Below are positions 44,581-60,035 of a DNA stretch of 64,000 nt, one piece after another (the stretch's first letter is position 1; each line of letters opens with the position of its first letter). Source of the DNA: Pseudomonas phage RWG; the sequence record KM411958.1; one strand, written 5' to 3'. Under the pieces are notes generated by a model. That model worked only from the letters and a program-made list of their open reading frames with translations, was not told where the DNA came from and did no database searches. Both the position numbers and the translations under genes were made by a program.

Positions 44581-47500
44581 CAGGTTCATCAGACCTTTGA
44601 TACCTGGTAGTTCGCTCAAGCTGGATGGCCAGGACCACGGACCAGACTGGAACGGGTTGTGCCCGATCCGGTTGATCCAAGAGCTATCCATTACCGATTG
44701 CAAGCCACTCACAAAGTGGTTAGCAGCAACCAGAGCCAGTGCACGAGCAGGCTTCTGACGGATCAAGCGAGCGATCACCTTCTGCACACGCAGATAGTAC
44801 TTGGTGAACATCACCAGACCCATGTCGTTCATGAACTGAAGACCACGGCCAGAAGGCAAGTCGTAGTTGATGAACGATTCTTCAGCCTGACGCAGAGCAT
44901 CAGCTTTACTCAGCGGATCTTTAGCACGAGTAGTCAGGTGCTCATACAGAGCGTATCGAGCAACCAGATCACTCAGCTGAGTGGTTTGGCTCAGGAACTT
45001 GTACACAGCAGTGTCGTGAGTCATGTAGACCTGACGACCAATGTCCCGAACCAACTTCGGCAGCTTGCTGGTGTACTTCTCAGCCTTCTTCTGGAGCAGA
45101 GACTTGTAGCTGTACTGCGAGTCATCAGCTTCCACATCTTCTACGATGGTCGGCATCAGTCCGGCATCTACCAGCGGCTTGATCGGGTTGCGACTCAGGC
45201 GATCCATCAGCACAGCGATCTCATCCCGTACAGCTTGCTCACCGGAAGGCAGGTAACCAACGTCAAGTGCACGCTGAAGCTGGATAAGCTTCTTGTTGTC
45301 CTGACGATACTGGAGAGCAGCCTTGATGCCGGTAGCGTGAGCACGTACACCTTCGGCCAAGCCAACACCTTCCCAAGCCAACAGAGTCATGTTCGAGACA
45401 ATGTTACCTACGAGAGTGGTGATGTTCTTGATTACCAGGATGTCCTTGGCTTCACGGACCAGTTCCTGCATCACATCCTCAGCACGACCAATGCGAAGTG
45501 CAGCCTTCTCACCCAGGATGGCTTCAGCAACTCGTACAAGCACCTTCTCAGCGATGTTGCGTTCGTCTTCTGCCAAACCAAACGGAGTAGTCAGACTGTA
45601 CTTGCGATAACCCATGATCATGTTCAACTGATCAGCAGGGATCTGCATGTTGTCGCTACCCCAAGTCTTGCGGATCTCACGCTTAGTGTTCTCCGGCAGC
45701 AGTTGGTACAACTCAAGCAGCTGAGGATCAGTGCTGTCCTTGCCTACAACCAGGTAGCTGCTAGGACGGTTGGCGTAATCCTCGCGGAATTGGTCGTACA
45801 TAGCACGAACAACGTCAGCGTTCTGGATTGCGGAGTCAACCTTGTCCACGATCTGACCTGCAAGAGTACCAAGCACCTGTTCCATGGAGTTATCACGATC
45901 CAGCAGACTGTCACGGTTGTGCTCAGTCATGGTATAGCGGTAGTCCACGATGGCTCCATTCGGGTTCACCACAGGAGACACTCGGCCCGGCTTCTGCTGG
46001 CGAGGATCGTAGGAGCGATCACGCAGGAACATGTCACTCACATCCTGGGCAATGTTGCGCTTGATGGTAGTGATGGCGTTCTTCGCAGTTCCAGGAGCAG
46101 CCGACAGCATGTTGGTAGCCTGACGATCCACCTTGGTACCACGAGCATGCACACCGGTGTAGCTCATCGCACCAGTCAGCAAGCCAACCTGACCACTACC
46201 ACGACGGGTCACCAGAACCTTGTCGGATTCCAGACCAGCACGTTGGTCTACCTGCACGTCACCAGCAACAGCGTAGCCACGCTTCTGGAAGTAGGGCAGG
46301 TCACTGCGGTCTACGGCCAGCACTTCGATCTTGGAGTCGAAGATGTCCGGTACATAGCCATCGGTGTACAGACGTTCGGTGCCTTGGAACAGGGCATCCT
46401 TGGAGCGCTTACCCAAGCCATGGTGCATGGCCAGGATCAGATCCACACCGTTGCCATCGGTACGGTTGGATTCGGTCTTAAGCACTTCACGGGCACGGCT
46501 CTTCACCTGGGAACCCGAGTACTCCCACCCATAGACAGCTTGCAGCTGGTCCAGCAGTTCGATGGCTTTCGCACGATCTGCCTTGGAGGACTGGAGCACA
46601 CGCTTGGTACCGAGCATGTCTGCGATGTTCGCACTGTTCAGCATCAGGTTCGGACTGACGTTGCCACCAATCACACGGTGGTAAGCCAAGTCCTTCACAG
46701 CACCCAGGTAATACTGACCATTCGGCAGTGCCAGCAGTTGGTCTTCGAGGTCTTTGCGGAGATTGGCGAACTCGCCATTGTCCAGAAGGACTTCCTTCAA
46801 CCGATCCATACCCAGGGCTTCACGAAGGTTACCCATGTTGGTACGCAGGAAACCCTTGGTCAGTGCAGCACGGTCTTCAGTGCTCAGGTACTGACCGTTG
46901 TCCTTGAAGCCCTCATTGATCATCGCAGCGGTGTACTCGATGTGCTGCTTACGAGCCATCTCGTTGGACTTGGCTTGCTTGAACAAAGTGTGTGCAGCGA
47001 GGTTACCCTCGTGTGCCCCACGCATCTCGTTCACTACCTGCATGGCCATGCCGTGCTGGCTCTTGAAAGCGTTGTCACGGATGCGAGTGATACCGTCCAG
47101 GACCAAGCCAACACGCTCATTGGTGATGGTGCTGATGGTCTTACCAGCTACCCGAACGAAGGGGCTGTCCGACTGAGTGAAGAAGGTCGATTCAGCGATC
47201 CGGTTCAGGTTGTCCTTGATGGCTTCCCCGGTGTTTGCCAGGGCAGTTTCCACCTGGTCCAGGGCACCCACTTTCTGGTCAGCCAGACGTCCACGACGCT
47301 TGGCTTCGATGTCCACCAGACGATCCACCAGGGTGAACAGTCGGCTCTCAGCCACCTCACCCGGACGAGTCTTGTCGTGCAGCTGACCCAGGCGGGTAAG
47401 CAAACGTCGGAACATCTCAACCAGACGAGTAGCCAGTGGCATACCAGCCAAGGACTTCTCGCTGCTACGGGTAGTGAACTGAAGCAGGTTCGCTACTTCT

Positions 47501-50500
47501 TGGCTCGCTACACCCAGGGCAGCAAAGCGGCTCAGGTAGTCGCTACGGGAACCAACACGCTCAGGGCGGAACAGGAAGTTGTACTTCTCCTGTGCCACAT
47601 CCTTCTCTGCTTGGGTGGCTTGGTCCCAATCACCAGCGAAGAAGTCCTTAGCAGACAAGCGATACTTGGCTTCACGCCAGAGGTTCTCCAGGCTGCTGCG
47701 GATGAAGATTCCATCGTTGCTGTTCAGGGTGGTGGCCACAGTAGCCTCGACCTGCTCCAGCACGTAGGCTTCCTGCGGGCTGACAATGAACGCCGAAGCC
47801 AATGCCTGAGAGGCGAAGGGCAGGCGGCCAGTGTCCAGAGCCTTCAGGACAGCATCAGTGGTGGTCAGTGCTTGGCCACGAGCAACCTCGTTGCGGAATG
47901 CACCCATGGGACCGTAAAGCTCGGTGACGATGCTGTTCAGGACAGACTTCAGCTTGTTGCTGTGAGCCACGGTAAGCGGGGTCTTCTCGCTCTCCAGGGC
48001 ATTGAAGATCTGTTCACTGCTCATCGCGTTGACCTGATCTACAGCGTCCTCGTACTTCAGGGTCAGGTCGCTACGTTTGGCCATCTGTGCAGCAGCCTCA
48101 GCGAACAAGCCAGAGGTATTGCTGATCACCAGAGCCATGGCATTGGTATCGGACGGCTTGGTGTCACGGAACAGCAGGGCAGTCAGGTTACGAATGAACC
48201 GCAGCAGCCCGTCAGTGAAACCAGCATCACGCTTACCAGCAGGCATCTCCAGCTTCTTCAGGACTTCTTCCTGGAAGCCCTGGTTGGTCATGCCCCAGCT
48301 AACAAGCTCATGCACGTTCGACACAGCGTTGGCGTACTTGGCAGACAGACCACCGTTCTTGCTCAGCATGTCGCTAGCACGGGAACGGATCATCTCCAGG
48401 TCGTTGACCATACGCCAGGGCATGGAATCGTAGTTGGAGTTGGCTTGCTTCTTGTCCAGTTCACGCTGGATGGTACGGCCCAGGCTCACATGGAGCAGTT
48501 CGTGGGTCAGCATCTCTTCGGTGATGCCCGACTCGACGAACTCAGGACTCTTCACATAGAGAGCTTCGAAGTTGCCCTGGGTTGCATACCAGCCACGAGC
48601 CTTGCTCACACCCTCGCCGATGGCACCGTCAGGGCCAGTGGTAGAGGTGACCAGCTTGACCGGTACATCTTCGCGGATGGACCGGAGAGCAGCACGCAGT
48701 ACCTGCTTGCGGAACGGGTCATTGGTACGGGCTACCAGAGCCTCAGCCAGACCACGAGTGGTCAGGTCATTGGTTTCGGTCAGTAGATCCACCAGTGCTT
48801 GGTCAGACGGAGTTACCGGCTGACCAAGTTCACCCCATACCGAGGTCTTGGCACGGCTGTTCTGCTGGACAGCTTGGACTACCTCAGCCGCACGATCTTC
48901 CGGCAGAACTTCCTTGGCAGACTCCAAGCTCAGGTTGGATTTCTCCATCACTTGGGCTACCTGCTGGATGTCCTGTTGCAGCTGACCCTCAGCCTTGATG
49001 CGGTCCATGGTGTTCAGCGTAGTAGCCGGAGCCAAGGACTGTACCGAGTCATTGCGGAGCGGCTTGCGAGCAGCAGGCTTGGCTTCACGAGGGGTAGCCT
49101 TCAGCTGGGCGTCGATAGCATCAGCCATCGTTTCCGCTTCAGGATTGAAAGTGCTACCGATCTCTTCACGAGCCTTCACAGCAGCGGCACGGTCAGCATC
49201 GGTGACGATGTAGCTACCGCCATCAGTGGCGTACTGACCCACTGCACGCATGTTGGCCAGCATGTTCAGCTTGTCAGTATCAGCCTGTTCAGCGACGTGA
49301 CGGATGCTGGCCAGCTGAGTAGAGACGGTGGTCTTCTGGCTTTCCAGGTACTTGCCGAACTGGTTTGCAACCTGCGGATCCTGTACCCACTTACTGAAGC
49401 CAGCAAGAGTACGCTCGAAGGTCGAAACCATCTCACTGGCTGCCGAGTAGTTCAGCATCAGCTTGAAGGTTTGCTCGTTCAGACGTTGGCCAGCAGCGTC
49501 CATACCCAGTACACCCACACCGTGAGCATCGTGGATGTTCAGGACATCTTCACCCATCAGTGCATTGTGGGAGATGAACGAGTCACCTGCGTGGGTAGCA
49601 GTGATGAACGGAGCTACACCCGGACCTTCGTTGACGGTGGTCATGCCACTGGCACGGAAGCTCTTCACGGACTGCTTGCGGCCTTCCTCATCGGTGAACT
49701 CCAGAGGTTCAGCGAAGTGGACTTCCGAGCGGTACAGGGGAGAGTCGTTCAGTTCCCGACGAGTCTTCGCCATCAGCATCCCCGAATCCAGGTCACCACT
49801 AGCTTTCGAGAAAGCGGTGTGCAGGATCGGTTCCATGTCCTTCAACTCGTTGCGGATCTGGTCGATCTGAGCACGAGTGAGGTCAGTAAAGGGCTGGCCA
49901 TCATTGCCACGAGGCAGGTTGGCCGAAGCCAGTAGCTCATCACGGCGAGCCTGGAAGACAGCTTCGTACATCTGGAAAGCCATGTTCGCAGTCTTGTTGA
50001 TGGTGTCACGGCGAGCGATGAAGACCTCGTAGGTATCGTTCAGTGCACTCTCTACCTTGCTACCCAGCAGGTCATAGAAGGCAGCCTTGATGGCGGTCTG
50101 CTGGACCGGGGAGTAGACAGTATTCAGTGCTTGTTCGAAGCCCATGTCGGTAGCCCACAGCTGACGCTTGTCGCTGTTCTTCGAACCAATGAGGCTGTTC
50201 ACAGCAGCGATCACTTTGGACAAGGCAGCTTGGTCACCAGCATTGGCAGCGTCTTCCATCTTGGAGTAGATGGTTTCGATGAAGGCATCAGCCATACCGC
50301 TGACAGCAGTCTTGGTGTTGGAACCAAACATCATTGCGGTCAGGGGCTTCTTGATGACGTTACGACCCTTGGACGATACACCGCCTTCCTCGTTGGTCAG
50401 CACACCAGTGATGACTTCCACAGAGGACAGCAGCGGGTCATTGCCCAGACGGTCCAGCACAGCCTTGATGGTACCCTCGTACAGGTCCAGGTTTCCCTGT

Positions 50501-53500
50501 GCCTTGTAGTCGTTGAACTGGGTGTACGGATCTTCCAGGCTGAAGAAACCACCCTGGTTCAGGGTATCGAAGCCCTTGGCACCGGACATCAGCAGGGACA
50601 GCATAGGACCGTTGGTCACGCCATCCACTTCGCCAAGCAGCTGGGTGGTGAAGGATTCAGCACCGTTCTCACGGGCGATCTTCTCTTGAGCCAGGGCTAC
50701 CAAGCCATCCAAGCTGAAGAACTTCTCACCAGCTTCAGCCACGGCAGCCAGGATTGCGGACTCGTTGGCTACGGTGTCTTGAGCCTCACCACGCAGGATT
50801 TCAGCCAGGGCAGTTACACCAGCCTGGATCGCAGGGGTGTTCACCTTGCTGTCGTACTTGGCCAGCACTTTCGAAGTGTTGTTGCCCTCGGTCTTCACAC
50901 CGAAGGACTCCAGTACGCGAAGCTTGAAGCTATCCATCTCTGCCTTGTTGGACAGATTGATGGTGTTCTCCCAGCCTTCCATTGCCAGCATGTGGCGATG
51001 CACCTTGCTGGTCTGCGGGTTGATCATGTTGGCAGTCAAGCCAACACGCTGAGGCTTCCACACGCTCCGGTCGAAGTACAGCGGCTGTTCCAAGCCAAGG
51101 TCAGAAACCTCCTGGATCCGACCAAAGAACTCGTTGAAGTTGTCGATCTGGCGTACCAGTCCATCGTTCTTGGCTTGGGTGCCAGCACGGTTGGCCTTGT
51201 GTACGAAACCACCTTCAACATCTACAGCACCAGCGATGGTGGCCAATGCGTTCTCGGACAGGTTGCCCCAGACTTGGAACATGTCCTGACGGAGACGCAT
51301 GGGACGCTTGCCTGCATCGTACAGGATCTTGGCCAGTTCCTTGGGTACCGGCTGCTGAGTACGCTTGGCGTTCTTCTGGGTGAAGGGTACCGGAGTGAAG
51401 CTCGGCTCAGTCTGACCTTCAGTCGAACCGAACAGCTTGGCCAGGATGGACTGGCTTCCGGTATTGGCTTCACGGATCTGGCGAGCAACTGCACCCGGAA
51501 CCAGCTTACCGTCTACACGCTCACTGACCGGGGTCAGGAAGTAGTGCTTGACGCGGGGGTTGGCCGGTTCATTGGAGTCCATCAGGGACTTCAGCTTGGC
51601 GTCGCTGACAGTGGTGATCTTTGCCACACCCATCTTCACCAGCAGAGCCAAGGCATGCTCACCCAGGGAAGCTTCCAGACGAGCACGCTCGTTCACAGGA
51701 GCATTCGGCAGGACTTCCAAACCAAGGACATCAACGATCTTGGCACCCAGCTGGGAAGCTGCGGTGGCCTGGCGAGTACCTACGTTGCCCAGGACTGCAT
51801 AGGCAGCTGGAGAGACTTCTTCATCAGCGTCCTTGCCCAGGATGGCATTGATACCGGCATCGGTGTTCACCAGGTTGTTGGCAGCATCGATAGCCCAGTC
51901 GTACGCACCGTAGGCAATGGCGGTGGTCAGGTTCTCGTCCAGAGTACCGTCAGCATTCACCAGGAACTGAGCATAGTCCCGGAAGTAGTAACGGCTGGCG
52001 TCACTGGTCTTCGAGGTGTATGGCTTCAGCGTTCGCTCGATGATCGGCTTGGCAGCACGTTGGAACTTCATGAACTGCTTGATGGCAGACTGTTGCTGAC
52101 CAGTGAAGCTCTTCACACCAGCGAATTCAGCCATGCGGCCTTCACCAGTACGGATCTTGGTAGCGAAGTCTTTGACTACTACCAGAGGCTTCTGAGTGTC
52201 ACCGTCATTGCGAGCCGGGGACTGCTGGAAGAAGGCGGAAACCAGATTGGTAGTCTGATAGTTCTCAGCAGCAACTTCCTGACCACGCACAGCTTCACCC
52301 TCACGGATAGCCGTGAGTTCACCAGTTTCGGCCTCGGTAGCAGGTTCTGCCTGGATCGACTCGGTTTCACTGACTGGGACATCTTCAGTGACCTGAGCGA
52401 TAGGCGCCTCTACCGAGGCCACCTCTTCAGCTACCTGTACGGGCGCTTCCTGTACAGGGGCAGCTTCTTGCACCACAGGGGCCGGACGAGCAATCGGACC
52501 AGCCTTGACCAGTTCACCCAGGGACTCAGCCGAGCGGGACAGTGCAGTGGCTTCCAGTGCTACAGCATCACGCAGCTTGAAAGAGCGGGCGGAGATCTCC
52601 AGACCACCAGCCGACTTCAGTTGGCGGGCAGTCATGGACTCCGGTGCTTCGGTCCAGTTGCCGGCTTCATCACGTACGATACGGATGGAGTTGTCGGTAC
52701 CTTTGACCTGTTGATACGCAGCGTCGATGGCGTTGAACTTCGCCACACGACTGTCAGCGAAGGCACGCAGTTGGTCTACCTGACCAGCAGCTGCTTCTTC
52801 GTTGCCGTTCATCAGAGCCATACGCACAGCGTTACGGTACTGAGGCAGACCTTTGAAGCCATCACCACCAGACTCGATGTCGGTGCGTACACCGCTCAGA
52901 CCCTTGAGTTCGTTGAGTGCAACCTGTGCTTCACTGAAGCTACGCAGGGATGCACGCTGCTCAGCGGTAAGGGTGTTGCTGGTGTCAGCCACCAGAGCAT
53001 CTACCTGCTCCAGGCTTAGGGCATCCGGGTTGATCATGGTCAGGGTGACCAGACGCTCGGAGGCTTCTGGCTGGACAGCAGCTTCCTGAACCAGAGTCTC
53101 TACCTCGGCAGCCTTCGGAGCGGCTTCCACCTGGAAACGCTTGATGGCGTCACGAGTAGCGGTCAGTACCTGCTGAGCATCCTTCAGTTCCTTGGCTTGA
53201 GCCTGACGCTGCTCAGGAGTGATGTTGAGGATCTGCTCACGTACGCCGCTCAGGTTGGCCAGTTCTTCGTCCAGGCGGGCAACGGTAGCTTCATCAGCAC
53301 CCTGCTTGGCCTGCTCACGTTGTTCGATGGCTTGCTCTACCTTGGCCAGACCTTCTTCACTGAACAGGACTTGTTCCTGCTCCAGCTGGGATACACGCTG
53401 GGCAGCTTCCTGCTCGATGGTGTCAGCCTGCTCCAGGGCACGGTCCTTGACCTCTTGGGTCACACCATCAGCCATGACTTGTTCCTGGAGAACTACCACT

Positions 53501-54774
53501 GCACCAGCAGGGTTATAGGACTCCGAGGTCACATCGGTCAGGGCAGAGATGTCGCCGGTTTCACGGGCAGCATTCACAGCTTCACGCGAAGCCAAAGCAG
53601 CCTCAGCACGGGTAGCACCAGAGCGGGCACCTACAGCAGCACGGCCACCGATGTTCATGGTTCCGCCGACAGCAGCACCAATGGTTGCAGCTTCGACGAT
53701 CTCTTCCAGGCTGGTGTCTTTCAGGTGAGCAACGTTCTCACCCCAGGTTTGGTAACCCTCGGTCACGCCTTCACGAGCGCTAGAACCAAGAGTAGAGCGG
53801 ATCAAACCACCACCTTCACCACGGATACCACGCAGGATGCCAGCATCGGCTACCTGCTCAGCTACCGCCAGTGAAGCAGCAGCAAGACCCATCTTCAAAC
53901 GATCGTCAGCATCCGGCAGTTGGCCTTGGTTCTCGGCCTGATACTCAGTGATTCCTTCACGGTATTCATCCGAGGCGTAGCCCACGTTGGTAGCAGCACC
54001 CAGCACAGGGTTAGCGGCATAGGCCAGCATCTGCGGAGCGTTTTCCACAGTGTACTCGCCGACTGCCAGCGGGTTGGTTGCCGATGCACCGATAGCGGTA
54101 GCAGCGGTCTGGCCGACACCGAGTGCACCTTGCACCAAGCCATCCAGAATCTCGCCACGGCTGAAGGACTCGCCTGCATTGCGGAGACGTTCTACGCCAC
54201 CAGCAGTCGCATCAGCGATGTCGTCGCTCAGTTGGTCACGGCGAGTAGTGTCTACGATGCTCGACCAATCGAAGAACTTGTCCACGTTGGTAGAGAGCTT
54301 GCGGAGTTCATCCACACCTTGCATACGTTGCAGCATGGTCTGGTGAACACCGTCGTCACCGGCAGCAGTCTGGCTCAGGATGGCTTCATCACCTTCCTGC
54401 ATCTGGCCGGAGACGTAGCGGTTGTAGGCTTCGATGGCTTCGTTGGTTACACCAGCCTGACCCATGTCAGCAGCAGCGTTGATCGGCAGAGCAATCACGT
54501 CGCCGAGAGCACGGCCAGTACCGGATACGAAGGAAGCAGCAGCGTTGAGGATCTCAGTGCCAGCAGCACCGGGGGTGATACCCATCTTGCCGATGAGGGA
54601 TTCTTCCACGTTGCGCTTCTTGCGCTCGCGGATGCCGTCGAGGTCGTAAGCCTTCTGCGAACCCTTCATGTCCAGGCCCACACTGGCAAAGTCCAGAGCG
54701 TCGAATGCCGGGGTAGCCCCGGCATTCGCCTCTTGACGATCCGACAGGAATTGATCCAAGTCGAAATCAGCCAT
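44578..54774 (-). CDS. virion-encapsulated giant RNA polymerase (N4 vRNAP/gp50-like), 3398 aa
   Basis: A single 10.2-kb ORF. Central region contains the single-subunit RNAP motif C-like NIHDAHGVG. Size and position next to virion genes are diagnostic for N4-like phages. Confidence 0.9.
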   Translation of the reverse strand: MADFDLDQFLSDRQEANAGATPAFDALDFASVGLDMKGSQKAYDLDGIRERKKRNVEESLIGKMGITPGAAGTEILNAAASFVSGTGRALGDVIALPINAAADMGQAGVTNEAIEAYNRYVSGQMQEGDEAILSQTAAGDDGVHQTMLQRMQGVDELRKLSTNVDKFFDWSSIVDTTRRDQLSDDIADATAGGVERLRNAGESFSRGEILDGLVQGALGVGQTAATAIGASATNPLAVGEYTVENAPQMLAYAANPVLGAATNVGYASDEYREGITEYQAENQGQLPDADDRLKMGLAAASLAVAEQVADAGILRGIRGEGGGLIRSTLGSSAREGVTEGYQTWGENVAHLKDTSLEEIVEAATIGAAVGGTMNIGGRAAVGARSGATRAEAALASREAVNAARETGDISALTDVTSESYNPAGAVVVLQEQVMADGVTQEVKDRALEQADTIEQEAAQRVSQLEQEQVLFSEEGLAKVEQAIEQREQAKQGADEATVARLDEELANLSGVREQILNITPEQRQAQAKELKDAQQVLTATRDAIKRFQVEAAPKAAEVETLVQEAAVQPEASERLVTLTMINPDALSLEQVDALVADTSNTLTAEQRASLRSFSEAQVALNELKGLSGVRTDIESGGDGFKGLPQYRNAVRMALMNGNEEAAAGQVDQLRAFADSRVAKFNAIDAAYQQVKGTDNSIRIVRDEAGNWTEAPESMTARQLKSAGGLEISARSFKLRDAVALEATALSRSAESLGELVKAGPIARPAPVVQEAAPVQEAPVQVAEEVASVEAPIAQVTEDVPVSETESIQAEPATEAETGELTAIREGEAVRGQEVAAENYQTTNLVSAFFQQSPARNDGDTQKPLVVVKDFATKIRTGEGRMAEFAGVKSFTGQQQSAIKQFMKFQRAAKPIIERTLKPYTSKTSDASRYYFRDYAQFLVNADGTLDENLTTAIAYGAYDWAIDAANNLVNTDAGINAILGKDADEEVSPAAYAVLGNVGTRQATAASQLGAKIVDVLGLEVLPNAPVNERARLEASLGEHALALLVKMGVAKITTVSDAKLKSLMDSNEPANPRVKHYFLTPVSERVDGKLVPGAVARQIREANTGSQSILAKLFGSTEGQTEPSFTPVPFTQKNAKRTQQPVPKELAKILYDAGKRPMRLRQDMFQVWGNLSENALATIAGAVDVEGGFVHKANRAGTQAKNDGLVRQIDNFNEFFGRIQEVSDLGLEQPLYFDRSVWKPQRVGLTANMINPQTSKVHRHMLAMEGWENTINLSNKAEMDSFKLRVLESFGVKTEGNNTSKVLAKYDSKVNTPAIQAGVTALAEILRGEAQDTVANESAILAAVAEAGEKFFSLDGLVALAQEKIARENGAESFTTQLLGEVDGVTNGPMLSLLMSGAKGFDTLNQGGFFSLEDPYTQFNDYKAQGNLDLYEGTIKAVLDRLGNDPLLSSVEVITGVLTNEEGGVSSKGRNVIKKPLTAMMFGSNTKTAVSGMADAFIETIYSKMEDAANAGDQAALSKVIAAVNSLIGSKNSDKRQLWATDMGFEQALNTVYSPVQQTAIKAAFYDLLGSKVESALNDTYEVFIARRDTINKTANMAFQMYEAVFQARRDELLASANLPRGNDGQPFTDLTRAQIDQIRNELKDMEPILHTAFSKASGDLDSGMLMAKTRRELNDSPLYRSEVHFAEPLEFTDEEGRKQSVKSFRASGMTTVNEGPGVAPFITATHAGDSFISHNALMGEDVLNIHDAHGVGVLGMDAAGQRLNEQTFKLMLNYSAASEMVSTFERTLAGFSKWVQDPQVANQFGKYLESQKTTVSTQLASIRHVAEQADTDKLNMLANMRAVGQYATDGGSYIVTDADRAAAVKAREEIGSTFNPEAETMADAIDAQLKATPREAKPAARKPLRNDSVQSLAPATTLNTMDRIKAEGQLQQDIQQVAQVMEKSNLSLESAKEVLPEDRAAEVVQAVQQNSRAKTSVWGELGQPVTPSDQALVDLLTETNDLTTRGLAEALVARTNDPFRKQVLRAALRSIREDVPVKLVTSTTGPDGAIGEGVSKARGWYATQGNFEALYVKSPEFVESGITEEMLTHELLHVSLGRTIQRELDKKQANSNYDSMPWRMVNDLEMIRSRASDMLSKNGGLSAKYANAVSNVHELVSWGMTNQGFQEEVLKKLEMPAGKRDAGFTDGLLRFIRNLTALLFRDTKPSDTNAMALVISNTSGLFAEAAAQMAKRSDLTLKYEDAVDQVNAMSSEQIFNALESEKTPLTVAHSNKLKSVLNSIVTELYGPMGAFRNEVARGQALTTTDAVLKALDTGRLPFASQALASAFIVSPQEAYVLEQVEATVATTLNSNDGIFIRSSLENLWREAKYRLSAKDFFAGDWDQATQAEKDVAQEKYNFLFRPERVGSRSDYLSRFAALGVASQEVANLLQFTTRSSEKSLAGMPLATRLVEMFRRLLTRLGQLHDKTRPGEVAESRLFTLVDRLVDIEAKRRGRLADQKVGALDQVETALANTGEAIKDNLNRIAESTFFTQSDSPFVRVAGKTISTITNERVGLVLDGITRIRDNAFKSQHGMAMQVVNEMRGAHEGNLAAHTLFKQAKSNEMARKQHIEYTAAMINEGFKDNGQYLSTEDRAALTKGFLRTNMGNLREALGMDRLKEVLLDNGEFANLRKDLEDQLLALPNGQYYLGAVKDLAYHRVIGGNVSPNLMLNSANIADMLGTKRVLQSSKADRAKAIELLDQLQAVYGWEYSGSQVKSRAREVLKTESNRTDGNGVDLILAMHHGLGKRSKDALFQGTERLYTDGYVPDIFDSKIEVLAVDRSDLPYFQKRGYAVAGDVQVDQRAGLESDKVLVTRRGSGQVGLLTGAMSYTGVHARGTKVDRQATNMLSAAPGTAKNAITTIKRNIAQDVSDMFLRDRSYDPRQQKPGRVSPVVNPNGAIVDYRYTMTEHNRDSLLDRDNSMEQVLGTLAGQIVDKVDSAIQNADVVRAMYDQFREDYANRPSSYLVVGKDSTDPQLLELYQLLPENTKREIRKTWGSDNMQIPADQLNMIMGYRKYSLTTPFGLAEDERNIAEKVLVRVAEAILGEKAALRIGRAEDVMQELVREAKDILVIKNITTLVGNIVSNMTLLAWEGVGLAEGVRAHATGIKAALQYRQDNKKLIQLQRALDVGYLPSGEQAVRDEIAVLMDRLSRNPIKPLVDAGLMPTIVEDVEADDSQYSYKSLLQKKAEKYTSKLPKLVRDIGRQVYMTHDTAVYKFLSQTTQLSDLVARYALYEHLTTRAKDPLSKADALRQAEESFINYDLPSGRGLQFMNDMGLVMFTKYYLRVQKVIARLIRQKPARALALVAANHFVSGLQSVMDSSWINRIGHNPFQSGPWSWPSSLSELPGIKGLMNL

Positions 54775-56339
54775 CTATCGTTTCCTCCCTCGTAGTGCAA
54801 AAGTTAGATCATCGGTTGGGTCCATGGTAACACCCTTTTCCCGTTCTGCCGAGCGAGTTACCTTAACGGCATTTGACCGTTTTTGGTTGGCGATGTCCGA
54901 CACGGTTTTCAGGAAGTTTTCCCGGATGGTCGGAGCGTCTTCTCGCATCTGAGTCATGCCATCAGTGGTCATGAGTTCGATGATCCGTTTCTCCACGTCA
55001 CCGGCATTCTTGAACAGCCAAGTGTTCGTGGTGTTGAACGCCTGCTCCAGTAGCTTCGACGGGACTACAGCAGTACGTCCGTCCGGCAGCTTGATGCCAT
55101 TGGTAGCGAAGTCCACGAGCATGTTGTTCAGATCCTGGCGGTCACCTTCCCAGCCGAAACCAGACTTCACAGCCTTGTCTACGATCTTGTTGACCGAACC
55201 CAGCGGATCCTTGTCAGGCTCGACAAACGGGTTACGTGCAACTTCCCGTTCGTAGTCCTCGGTAGCCGTCCGTTGCAGGGTATCCAGTTCTGCGTTAACC
55301 GCACCGATGGTTGCTTCAACCTTCGTGCGATCTTGCGGAGCCAGACCCTCCAGGGATTCCCGGAGTTCCATCTCTTGCTTGGCCTGGGCGATACCCTTCG
55401 AGCTTACCCCTGCATCCACGAGAGACTTGAGTACAGCATTCCGCCGCTCGGTAGGAGAGGTATTGGCTTGTACACCAGCTTCGTTCAGCGCATTGCTGAA
55501 GGCATCAAGCTGGTCTTGCGAAGCACGGCTCATGTCGGGCATGCCCTGGTCATCGGTAGGCATACCGACTTCCTTGCCCACGATCCGCATGATCTCGCTC
55601 TGAGCCTGACGGGACTCGTCGTAGTCCTGGAAGGTAGTAGCGATGGTTCCCGAAACCAGCTTCGCTTCATCCCGATCACGGCGTAGTTCATCACGCTGCT
55701 CACGAGTGAAAGCCAGGTTCTCCCGACCAGCAGCCATGGAGAGGGAGTGTGCTTCAGCTGCCCGGTTGGCCGCTGCCTGTGCACGCTGTTCACCAGCTGC
55801 CCGGTACTGCCGATTCTGTATAGCATCCTGCACACCGGTGAGTTCCTTGCGGATCTCGCCCTCGTTGATCAGCTGTTGCTCAGCCAAGATCTGGTTGACT
55901 TCACCAGCACGGCCTTCAGCTGCCAGGGTACGAAGCTGATCTACGATGCCTCGTTGACCTACCTCAGCCTGCATGTCGTCGAACTTCTGAGTAGTAGCCG
56001 CTTGGTTCTGCTGAGCACTGATCTGCTTGGTGATCGCATCGCGAGTAGCAGCACGATCCAGGTTCATCCCCATCGCATCACGTTGGGCCTCCAGGCCACT
56101 GCGATAGTCTGCGTTGCTGAGTTGTTCCAGGGTGGATGCTGCCACCTGGTCCAGATAGCTTTGCGTGTTGGCTTCACGCTGCAACTTGGCATTGTTGACG
56201 TTCATCTCCTGTTGACGGGAGATGATGTCACCCAGTGCACCAAGTGCTTGTTGGACACCGGTAGTCCCAGCAGACATCGAAGATGCACTACCAGGACTTA
56301 CCGTTGCACCAATGTTACGCCAAGTGATCTCTTGGGCCA

Positions 56340-56340
<1 letters not shown>
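54775..56340 (-). CDS. virion internal protein (521 aa), coiled-coil and Gln/Ala-rich
   Basis: ORF track. The stop abuts the vRNAP start. Confidence 0.5.

Positions 56341-60035
<3,695 letters not shown>

Noticed and set aside
44659-53019. Very long plus-strand ORFs (44659..48786 of 1375 aa, 50131..53019 of 962 aa, 48799..49935, and others) opposite the vRNAP gene
   Set aside because: They are antisense shadow ORFs of a GC-rich 10-kb gene. The proteins are low-complexity (Ser/Thr/Gly/Val/Leu-rich) with no motifs or RBSs. The minus-strand reading frame carries the RNAP motifs.
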